Below are positions 7,538 through 14,984 of a DNA stretch of 14,984 nt, one piece after another (position 1 is the first letter of the stretch; every line of letters begins with the position of its first letter). Origin of the DNA: an uncultured bacterium (lineage in GTDB: Bacteria; Zixibacteria; MSB-5A5; JAABVY01; JAHJOQ01); contig CBDUQR010000056.1 of NCBI GenBank assembly GCA_965369655.1, positions 1-14,984 on the forward strand. Reading direction: 5' to 3'. The notes below the pieces were generated by a model. That model made no database searches. It was not told where the DNA came from and was given only the letters and a program-made list of their open reading frames with translations. A program made the position numbers and the translations under genes.

Positions 7538-8094
7538 CCCTCGACCTTTTCAATCGGCAATCCGGCCTTATCCCACCTTCGCCATCCCCCGAAGAATATC
7601 CGCACGTTCGTGTAGCCAAGGTCATCGCGGAGATAGCGAGCAAGATGCAGACTCGTTTCGCAATCGGCTCCGGAGCAGTATGTGACAATCAGCGTGTTTG
7701 AATCGAGAAGTGGTTCGATGATTGCCCACTGAACATCGAATTCCTCTTCCTCGGCCTCAAAAGTGAGCAGATAGGCTCCCTTTATGTGCCCGGATTCATA
7801 CTCGTCGGGGAACCGCGCGTCGATGAAGATTATCTCGGGATTCTGGTACAATGCGGATGCCTCGGCCAGACTCAGCAATGGCGGGTCGCCCGGCTCACAC
7901 GACAGGCAATCCCATGTGGAGTCGTCCTCGCTGTCCGCAAAGCTGGGCCAGTACCCGACCCACGCGATCCTGCTGCTCGAAAGCGAGTTGTTAAGGACTC
8001 CCGCGACGAGCGAGATTGCGAGGATGATTAGTATTTCAGTCAGCAGCTTCTTCATCAGATTTGTTTTGCCGATGCTCAGATTCACCTGAGCCAT
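7534..8094 (-). CDS. Membrane-anchored rhodanese-like domain protein
   Basis: N-terminal TM, IDARFPDEYESGHIKGA, active-site loop YCSGADC and GGWRRW. ATGA overlap with the MauE gene. The start could be the second Met at 8055. Confidence 0.9.
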   Translation of the reverse strand: MAQVNLSIGKTNLMKKLLTEILIILAISLVAGVLNNSLSSSRIAWVGYWPSFADSEDDSTWDCLSCEPGDPPLLSLAEASALYQNPEIIFIDARFPDEYESGHIKGAYLLTFEAEEEEFDVQWAIIEPLLDSNTLIVTYCSGADCETSLHLARYLRDDLGYTNVRIFFGGWRRWDKAGLPIEKVEG

Positions 8095-8163
8095 AGATTA
8101 CTGTCAAAACTCAGTATATGTATACACCTGCGAGGCTGAATGTTCCGGCTGCCCCTCAAAATA

Positions 8164-8673
8164 CTACTTTTTCAGTGTGAATTCCCAGCCGCACCAATAA
8201 TCGCGTTCCTGTTCATCGGGCGGGCAGGCGAGGCAAATCACCTCGATCCGTGGATCAATAGTCTTCGTAAACGTTTCGTACTCGATCACTCCGACCTGCT
8301 TGCACGGGAACGGCGGCATGTTCTTGCGATGCCTCGCATCCTGAACCCGGCATGCGATCATTTTCAGGACGAGCTTGTCGGGCGATGGGCGCGTGATCTC
8401 CTGCGTGTTGATGTACGCGTAGCACCGGTAGTTCAGACATTGTTCGAGCGCATCGAGTCCGCCTCCCGGATCGATACCGAGAGATTTCATGATTCGCTTC
8501 GCCTCGATTGGCGAGAAGCGTCTCCATGCTTCCTTGTCGAGTTCGATCGCCGCATCCATGCCATATTTCTGTTCGGCAGCCTGAAACCAGAGTCCATCCA
8601 TAGCCAGCCAGCGCTTTGCCAACTCGGCAAGCTGCTCTCGAAACTGTTGCTGTGTCATATCGGTATTGTTCAT
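8164..8673 (-). CDS. DUF6125-like protein with conserved cysteines
   Basis: WLAMDGLWF, CRVQxAR, PCKxVG, IDPRIxxxCxxCPPD and WCxWxF motifs; family recognised from memory. Confidence 0.75.
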   Translation of the reverse strand: MNNTDMTQQQFREQLAELAKRWLAMDGLWFQAAEQKYGMDAAIELDKEAWRRFSPIEAKRIMKSLGIDPGGGLDALEQCLNYRCYAYINTQEITRPSPDKLVLKMIACRVQDARHRKNMPPFPCKQVGVIEYETFTKTIDPRIEVICLACPPDEQERDYWCGWEFTLKK

Positions 8674-8680
8674 GCGCGAT

Positions 8681-8708
8681 AAGATATGGATTACGGCCGG
8701 ATTGTCAA
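8681..8708 (-). promoter_or_regulatory. Putative sigma70 promoter, probably leaderless
   Basis: TTGACA (8708-8703), 16 nt, TATCTT (8686-8681), 7 nt, then ATG 8673. No Shine-Dalgarno. Confidence 0.6.
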
Positions 8709-8821
8709 CCTGTCTGCGCGGGAATGACGGCTTATTGCAACGCCCGCACTGTGTTCCACGCTGCTACTTTCTCAACAAGCCATAAATGCTTGAGTCAAAG
8801 TCTCTGGTCAATCGTTCTCGT

Positions 8822-10513
8822 CTACGCGTTTCCCTTTTTTTGCATCTTTGCCCACGTATCTTTTAGCGAGACTGTACGATTGAACACGATGGTCTCGTCA
8901 GTCGAATCGCGGTCGACGCAGAAGTAGCCATGCCGCATGAACTGGAAGCGGTCGAGAGGCCTGGCCGACTCGAGTGATCGTTCGAGCTTACAGCCCCTGA
9001 GAATCTCCAGCGAATTCGGGTTGATATAATCCGTGACGGTCTTTCCTTCCTCGAGATCAAGCGGATCTTCCTTTGTCAGCAGATGATCGTACAGGCGCAC
9101 TTCGGCATCGATGGCATGAGGTACCGACACCCACTGAATAGTTCCCTTGACCTTGCGACCGTCGGGGGATGTACCACCTCGGGAAGCAGGATCATAAGTG
9201 CAATGCAGTTCAACTATCTCACCGGTATTCTCATCTTTGACCACGCTTTCGCATTTGATAAAATAAGCATGTTTGAGCCTGACTTCTTTGCCGGGGGCGA
9301 GTCGGAAGTATTTCTTCGGAGGATCTTCGAGAAAATCGCTCCTCTCGATATACAGCTCTCGTGAAAACGGGACCATTCTCACACCTGCGCTCGTATCCTC
9401 AGGATTGTTGACGGCTTCCAGTTCCTCCACTTGCCTCTCCGGATAGTTGTCGATGATAACTTTGAGAGGTCGAAGCACCGCCATCACCCTGTGTGCAGTC
9501 CTGTTGAGTTCTTCGCGGATACAGTATTCGAGGAGCGCGACATCGACTACGCTTTCGCGCTTCGCAACGCCGATTCGATCAAGAAAATTCCTGATCGCAG
9601 AAGATGTATAACCTTTCCGACGGAGCCCTGACAGCGTTGGCATCCGGGGGTCATCCCATCCGTTGACATAGCTTTCATCGACCAACTGGATCAGCTTGCG
9701 CTTCGAAAGCACAGTGTAGTTCAAGTTCAACCGGGCAAATTCGATCTGCTGAGGATGATGCACTCCAAGTTGATCGAGGAACCAGTCATAGAGAGGTCGA
9801 TGATCCTCGAATTCGAGCGAGCAGAGCGAATGCGTGATACCCTCAATGGAATCCGACAGGCAGTGAGTGAAATCGTACATCGGATATATGCACCAGGCAT
9901 CGCCCGTTCTGTGGTGTGAAGCGTGCTTGATTCTGTATATTGCAGGATCGCGCATGTTGATATTACCCGATTTCATATCGATCCTGGCGCGGAGGACGCG
10001 AGAACCGTCGGGGAACTTGCCTTTTCTCATGCGCTCGAAGAGATCGAGATTCTCTTCGACCGAACGATTGCGATAGGGGCTGTCTTTCCCCGGTTCAGTC
10101 AATGTGCCTCTGTACTCGCGGATTTCATCGGGACTGAGATCGCAGACGTACGCTTTGCCGTTTCTGATCAACTGAACGGTATACTCGTAGAGTTGCTCGA
10201 AATAGTCGGACGCGTAATATTGCCTGTCTCCCCAGTCGAATCCGAGCCAGTGAATATCCTCAATGATCGAATCAACATACTCAATCTCTTCCTTGACCGG
10301 ATTAGTATCATCGAACCGCAGGTTGCACAGTCCGCCATAGTCCTTTGCCATTCCGAAATCGACACAGATCGCCTTCGCGTGCCCTATATGCAGGTAGCCG
10401 TTCGGCTCAGGAGGAAACCTGGTATGGACTCGTCCGCCGTTCTTGCCATTGCTGATATCTTCATCAATGATTGCCTTGATGAAGTTTACTGTGGCAGATT
10501 CATCTGATCCCAT
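8822..10513 (-). CDS. glnS: Glutamine--tRNA ligase
   Basis: [15 protein letters not shown] (HIGH motif), [21 protein letters not shown] and FQFMRHGYF. Likely start is the ATG at 10513 (GGAG upstream; 563 aa). The extension to 10846 runs through promoter and repeat DNA. Confidence 0.97.
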   Translation of the reverse strand: MGSDESATVNFIKAIIDEDISNGKNGGRVHTRFPPEPNGYLHIGHAKAICVDFGMAKDYGGLCNLRFDDTNPVKEEIEYVDSIIEDIHWLGFDWGDRQYYASDYFEQLYEYTVQLIRNGKAYVCDLSPDEIREYRGTLTEPGKDSPYRNRSVEENLDLFERMRKGKFPDGSRVLRARIDMKSGNINMRDPAIYRIKHASHHRTGDAWCIYPMYDFTHCLSDSIEGITHSLCSLEFEDHRPLYDWFLDQLGVHHPQQIEFARLNLNYTVLSKRKLIQLVDESYVNGWDDPRMPTLSGLRRKGYTSSAIRNFLDRIGVAKRESVVDVALLEYCIREELNRTAHRVMAVLRPLKVIIDNYPERQVEELEAVNNPEDTSAGVRMVPFSRELYIERSDFLEDPPKKYFRLAPGKEVRLKHAYFIKCESVVKDENTGEIVELHCTYDPASRGGTSPDGRKVKGTIQWVSVPHAIDAEVRLYDHLLTKEDPLDLEEGKTVTDYINPNSLEILRGCKLERSLESARPLDRFQFMRHGYFCVDRDSTDETIVFNRTVSLKDTWAKMQKKGNA

Positions 10514-10614
10514 CGTCCTGATTACTCCATCGACTGCGGCAAACGGCCGTATTCGCCAAGGTGAAAAGCCGGCTTCCGGGCGCCGGATACTTCTATATGT
10601 TCTATCGACATGAC

Positions 10615-10643
10615 ATTGTAACCGATTATCCCGCATGAGCCAA
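10615..10643 (-). promoter_or_regulatory. Putative glnS promoter
   Basis: TTGGCT (10643-10638), 17 nt, TACAAT (10620-10615). Confidence 0.4.
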
Positions 10644-10760
10644 TACTTTTTTGATGTCTGAAAGTCTGATCTCACATTTTCGACGGTCGATGACCTTGAT
10701 AACAGGAAACCTGGAGTGTGGCTCTGATTGCATGGAACACTGTGGGCGGTAGACGTCCTG

Positions 10761-10915
10761 GAGGTTGTCCCATAAGTCCTGGTCTCCAGTAGGTCGGCGT
10801 TCCGCAGCAGGCGTAGCCTGCAAGAAACCCGACTGTCAGTCAACAAGATAGAGGTGTCGCGTTTCTCACCTGATTACATCAGGTTCGGAACACGACCTAC
10901 ATATGGGACAGCCTC
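10761..10915. mobile_element. MITE-like unit 1 with 17-bp TIRs
   Basis: GAGGTTGTCCCATAAGT (10761-10777) and ACATATGGGACAGCCTC (10899-10915) are inverted at 15/17. TCCTG is present on both sides (10756-10760, 10916-10920). The ends resemble IS1182-type IRs, from recall. Confidence 0.7.
10789..10900. repeat. GTAG-type REP doublet (REPIN-like)
   Basis: Two inverted REP units, 10789-10833 and 10856-10900. Each has GTAG plus an imperfect stem capped by a GTA-triloop hairpin. Confidence 0.75.
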
Positions 10916-10919
10916 TCCT

Positions 10920-11017
10920 GAGGCTGTCCCAAAAGGCCTGAAAGGTTGGTGGTCACCTTTGCGAAAGAAAGCGAGGTCATTCCCGCGCAAGTTGAGTGGC
11001 ACTTATGGGACAACCTC
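10920..11017. mobile_element. MITE-like unit 2 with 17-bp TIRs
   Basis: GAGGCTGTCCCAAAAGG (10920-10936) and ACTTATGGGACAACCTC (11001-11017). The latter is the exact reverse complement of 10761-10777. Confidence 0.7.
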
Positions 11018-11085
11018 TGGACATCTGCCCGGCACAGAATCTCCGATGATCGATAACCCTGACGGCGACTCCGACAGGCTCGGTA

Positions 11086-12261
11086 TCACGAGCTTATCAG
11101 GATCGAAATGGCGAGTACTATTGCGAAGAGAATCGCTGTCGGTATGGCAAGTTTGAGCATCAAATCTTTGATGCCGATTTTGAAATACTCGCAGGTGACG
11201 ACTAAGCAAGGATGTACCGGCGAAATTACATATCCGAAGTAGATCGCGATGTAGATCAGTGCAAAAATGACTGGAGTTACGCTGGCAATCGATGCGAGAT
11301 AGATAGGGAATATGATCGATGCCGGGAGCTGTACTCTGCCGGTAGCCAGACCGAGCAGGAACCCTGCTGAGACCGCGAGGATCAGTGGCGGGAGAGGCAT
11401 AGTCGAGATCATCGCGCCGATATCGGTTTCCTGAAATATGTGCAGATACAGAAACATACCGATGATTATCAGCGCGAAATTCCACGGCTTCATGCGCACG
11501 ATGATCGATTTTATGCTAATGTTGTTTCGCCCGAGTAAAAGCGAGAGGATCAGCGATACGCTCACGCCGATGACCGTGGCGAGCGATCCCGCTGACAATA
11601 AACGCTTGAGTGTGAAATCGACGACAGGCGCCGCGACAATCACGCAAAGAGGTATCAGCAGTCCGGAAAGCGAGAACATTGTGGCGTGCCGGACCGCGCC
11701 CTTGACATGCCTGAGAAAGAAGACATGTCCTAAGATGAGCGCCAGAATCGCTCCGGGAAACAGGTACAGGATGACATGGTAAACGTCGAGGCCGACGATC
11801 TTGGCCGATGCGATCAAAGCCGGGCCGAGTGGGTAGATCAGTAGAAAGAGATGCCGGAACCAGTTGTTGATTGCGGCATTCAGTTCCGCCGGAACTCCAT
11901 CACCGCCTTTCGCGAGTATGGGAGCCGAGAGTAATGCTCCCCCCGGCATGGGCAGAAGACCCATCAGCGCCGCCGCGGAAGCAAGCAGGTATTTTCTGCT
12001 GATGCGGAGATTCGAGACGAGGTTGTCTATCAGACCGTTGTCGGTCATGATCCCGCCCAGAATCGGAATCAGTCCCATCGCGAGCGCGAGAAGGACTATC
12101 GATGAATCAGTGATCGTGAAGATCATCCGGTCGATCACAAGCTCAAACGGAAGTGTGAATATGCCAAGCACGATCGAGCCGCTGATCAATGCGACCGCGA
12201 GATTTCGCTTCGAGATCAGGAGTATCGTGACGAGCGATATGAGAAAACCGATCCAGATCAT
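11086..12261 (-). CDS. DUF401 family integral membrane protein (putative permease)
   Basis: 391 aa, highly hydrophobic, with GLLPMPGGALLSAP, NNWFRH and SPVHPCLVVTCEYF motifs. Confidence 0.85.
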   Translation of the reverse strand: MIWIGFLISLVTILLISKRNLAVALISGSIVLGIFTLPFELVIDRMIFTITDSSIVLLALAMGLIPILGGIMTDNGLIDNLVSNLRISRKYLLASAAALMGLLPMPGGALLSAPILAKGGDGVPAELNAAINNWFRHLFLLIYPLGPALIASAKIVGLDVYHVILYLFPGAILALILGHVFFLRHVKGAVRHATMFSLSGLLIPLCVIVAAPVVDFTLKRLLSAGSLATVIGVSVSLILSLLLGRNNISIKSIIVRMKPWNFALIIIGMFLYLHIFQETDIGAMISTMPLPPLILAVSAGFLLGLATGRVQLPASIIFPIYLASIASVTPVIFALIYIAIYFGYVISPVHPCLVVTCEYFKIGIKDLMLKLAIPTAILFAIVLAISILISS

Positions 12262-12278
12262 GTCAGCCTAACGAACAG

Positions 12279-14624
12279 TCAGCGTAGTCCATATGTCAGA
12301 GTCAGCGTCATGTTTCTTCCGGGTGAATAGACTCCGGAGCCATGTTCTTTATACGTAGCATCTGCGAGATTTTCGCAGCCGAGATTCAGATTCAGATCGC
12401 CGAGGGCGATCCCCGCTCGAAGATTCAACGTCGCCCACGATGGCGTGCCGTTCTCCTCGATTCTGCTGTCATCGATGTCGCGCTGGGACAATCTACGCTG
12501 CGATGTCGCAGCGCGTACATAGAACTCGATCCAGTGTTTCCTGCTTACATCCATACGTAACGCGAGCATGCCCATGAGGGGAGGTATTCGGGAGAGCGGC
12601 TCGTCGTCGGTCTGATTCTTTCCATATGTCCAGAAGCAGTTGCCATTGATCTTGAGTATGTCTGTCAGTTTTGCCGACGCATCGAACTCGAAACCGCAAA
12701 CTCTCGAACTCCCGACGTTTTTTCGCTGGAAAACATCCGGTTCATCCGGGTCCTGCTCCTCGTTGTCGTTGAGATCAATGTACGGTTTGCCGTCGTACGT
12801 CCCGGGCTTTCTGTCTATCATGTCGGAAAGAATATTGTAGTAAAAGAACAGGCTTCCTCTGGTTCGGTCGGTTCTCAGCTTGGCGCCCAGCTCGAAATTG
12901 TTGCTCTTCTCCGGCGCAAGCCCAATGCTCGGCGCATCGAAGCCGCTGCTCGATTCTTTCAGGACTACGACGTCGTTGAGATTCGGCGCCCTGAATCCGC
13001 GCGACCAGCTTCCGATCAGGTTGAGATCACTTGACAACATGCAGGTCAGAGCGAGTGACCCGGTGATGTCTCCGTAGGAATCCTCGACCTTGCCATACGG
13101 CGGTTCCAGCAGCGACTCCAGCATGAAATGACTGTACCGCACACCGGCAATGAGTGTGACATCAGGTACGACCGAGAATTCATCCTGAGCGAATATCCCC
13201 ACAGATCGATATTTAGAACCGTCAGGGAAGGTCGGCCTTATGCTCTCAACACTGTCAGATACAGTGATTGCAGTCCTTTCGCTCTCGATTTTGTCAGAGT
13301 AATGTTCTATCCCATAACTGAGCCAGTGACCTGTCCCAAGATATGTCGAGAGCTGAACATACCCGCCATAGTTCTTGATTCTGTCTAATGATTCTGTTCT
13401 CTCGTCTGAGTCTGTCCTCTGGAGTAATCGCCCCTCAGTTTCCTGCTGCCAGGCCAAGCCGCACTTAAGAGAATGGATGGCCGGTGCGACGAGTTTTGAT
13501 TCGAATGTTAGCGACAACATATCTCGATCCTGAGGATCATAGATGTATTCCTCAAATTCCCCGGAGACGTACTTGTCGTAACGCGGGACTCTCTCCTGCC
13601 TGACGCCGAGGTAATCGAGTCTGAGTTGAGTCTGGCGAGCCAGGTCCACAGCGATCTGTCCGCCGAAATCTGTCTCTTCCCAGCCAGTGGGATTCTGAGT
13701 TCCGATTCTGTTGCCTGCTCGAAGATCGCCGATATTCTTGTATGCGCCATCGAGGGCAAGCCATATCGTTTGAGTCCTCGCCCCGACTGCCGCATGAAAC
13801 GTGCGAGCGCGATCGGCAGTTGAGTACCGGGTGCTGGCCTCAGTGGTCAGTGATAGTTGTCCGGAGGATACCGGTACACGCCTCGGAACGAGATTAACGA
13901 CGCCCCCTATCGCATCGCTTCCATACATGACCGAGGAGGGCCCCCTGATGACCTCGACCCGGCTCAATGAATTGAGGTCGATGGTGTTCAAGTATTGATT
14001 CGCGCCGAATCTGAATGTCGATTTGTTCAGCCTGATGCCGTCGTACAGGAGCAGGACATGCTTGCCGATCAACCCGCGCAGCACAGGCGCGCCATGCCCG
14101 TGAGTGGTCTTCTGAACCATGACAGCGGGTTCCTCGCGCAGGATGTCGGCGGTTGAACTGACGTTTCGCTCCGGGAATTTCTCCGCAGATGTCGTCGAAA
14201 CGCTGACCGGCGCAGAGAAGCTCATCTGTTCCATCCGATTGGCCGTCACGGTTATCCCGTCGACCGGAATAGAAATCGGTTCCAGAAAGGTCGTGAGATG
14301 TTTCTCAGTCAGGTCCGAGAGAACCACAGTTTTCGATTGATTGCAATACCCGACATAAGAGACCTCGACTGTGTATCTGCCCGGCGCCAGTCCGCTGATC
14401 CTGAAACGCCCGTGCTCATCGGTGCTCGAATGGAGAGAATCACCCTGCACGATCACATTTGCATCGGGAAGCGGTTGCCTCGTGGTTATATCGAATACTA
14501 CGCCCGTAATCAAAGCCTCGGCAAGCGCTGTGCTGTGCGCAATCAGCAGCAATACCACAAATGTGATTGCTTGGACTATCGAAAAAGACTTATGACGGAA
14601 GTGTGTAATCACCGCGAGAACCAC
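12279..14624 (-). CDS. TonB-dependent receptor, substrate unknown
   Basis: Signal peptide, carboxypeptidase-regulatory-like domain (VSYVGY), plug (VEVIRGPSSVMYGSDAIGGVVN), GFRAPN and C-terminal ENLADATY...PGRN. The GTG start is approximate. Confidence 0.93.
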   Translation of the reverse strand: MVLAVITHFRHKSFSIVQAITFVVLLLIAHSTALAEALITGVVFDITTRQPLPDANVIVQGDSLHSSTDEHGRFRISGLAPGRYTVEVSYVGYCNQSKTVVLSDLTEKHLTTFLEPISIPVDGITVTANRMEQMSFSAPVSVSTTSAEKFPERNVSSTADILREEPAVMVQKTTHGHGAPVLRGLIGKHVLLLYDGIRLNKSTFRFGANQYLNTIDLNSLSRVEVIRGPSSVMYGSDAIGGVVNLVPRRVPVSSGQLSLTTEASTRYSTADRARTFHAAVGARTQTIWLALDGAYKNIGDLRAGNRIGTQNPTGWEETDFGGQIAVDLARQTQLRLDYLGVRQERVPRYDKYVSGEFEEYIYDPQDRDMLSLTFESKLVAPAIHSLKCGLAWQQETEGRLLQRTDSDERTESLDRIKNYGGYVQLSTYLGTGHWLSYGIEHYSDKIESERTAITVSDSVESIRPTFPDGSKYRSVGIFAQDEFSVVPDVTLIAGVRYSHFMLESLLEPPYGKVEDSYGDITGSLALTCMLSSDLNLIGSWSRGFRAPNLNDVVVLKESSSGFDAPSIGLAPEKSNNFELGAKLRTDRTRGSLFFYYNILSDMIDRKPGTYDGKPYIDLNDNEEQDPDEPDVFQRKNVGSSRVCGFEFDASAKLTDILKINGNCFWTYGKNQTDDEPLSRIPPLMGMLALRMDVSRKHWIEFYVRAATSQRRLSQRDIDDSRIEENGTPSWATLNLRAGIALGDLNLNLGCENLADATYKEHGSGVYSPGRNMTLTLTYGLR

Positions 14625-14645
14625 CTGTTTGACAATAAGGCTGCT

Positions 14646-14674
14646 AATCTATCGTCTTTCTGCTGATGTCGCAA
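14646..14674 (-). promoter_or_regulatory. Putative promoter of the receptor-DUF401 operon
   Basis: TTGCGA (14674-14669), 17 nt, TAGATT (14651-14646). Confidence 0.45.
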
Positions 14675-14813
14675 GGGAATTGAACGTATGCGCGACTGTA
14701 ACCTGACTTTGATTCATTGTATCGTCTCGGGTGTTGTGGTGCGTATCCCGGCAAGGTTGACAGGTTGGATACTAATGTCGTGTCCTGGATATATGTTCAT
14801 ATATTCTTTTGTA

Positions 14814-14862
14814 GTAGCACGGGCATCCTGCCCGTGAATCATGGGCAAGATGCCCATGCCAC
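14814..14862. repeat. Compact GTAG/GTGG-type REP doublet
   Basis: GTAG-CACGGGCA-TCC-TGCCCGTG-AAT-CATGGGCA-AGA-TGCCCATG-CCAC: two 8-bp hairpins bracketed by GTAG and CCAC. Confidence 0.85.
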
Positions 14863-14984
14863 GATTTAATATGCCGCTTTTTGTTGTGAATGGATTCCTG
14901 GGACACGACGCTAACAGCTCTCGCAATATCGTTATAGCATTTCTCATAAATATTTTCCGTTTGGGCGCAGAAAAAACTAGACTT

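Noticed and set aside
10514-10846. Apparent 111-aa N-terminal extension of GlnRS
   Set aside because: It crosses MITE/REP and promoter DNA, has no GlnRS-like sequence, and a good RBS precedes the ATG at 10513.
10761-11017. Repeats as a mini CRISPR array
   Set aside because: The copies alternate in orientation and spacing is irregular; no cas genes in the window.
14884-14901. Possible second Rex box TTGTGAATGGATTCCTGG
   Set aside because: Only one good half-site; the right half matches 3 of 7.
14714-14947. 77-aa ORF
   Set aside because: Its core (RGMGILPMIHGQDARAT) is simply the translation of the REP doublet; no other coding evidence.

Overview
Bacterial chromosomal window, probably from a diderm (two TonB-dependent receptors with N-terminal carboxypeptidase-regulatory-like domains suggest an FCB-type lineage; inference). 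Every supported gene except one IS fragment is on the minus strand. From the right: TonB-dependent receptor plus DUF401 permease; a repeat-rich intergenic region with two tandem TIR-bounded MITE-like units, one carrying a REP doublet; glnS; a DUF6125 gene; a rhodanese plus MauE/DoxX pair; two abutting IS3-family scars; rex with a perfect Rex operator; and a TPP-riboswitch-controlled TonB receptor plus sodium:solute symporter operon. The left ~1.9 kb is an AT-richer three-gene operon with its own consensus promoter: a TIGR04255-like protein, a small protein with a disordered N-terminus and beta-rich domain, and a ComEC-like metallo-beta-lactamase-fold hydrolase that the ORF track missed. The hydrolase gene is interrupted at position 50 by an IS3-family end, 47/50 identical to the IS end at 6911-6960. 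This operon is the best candidate for an undescribed defence or toxin-antitoxin-like system.
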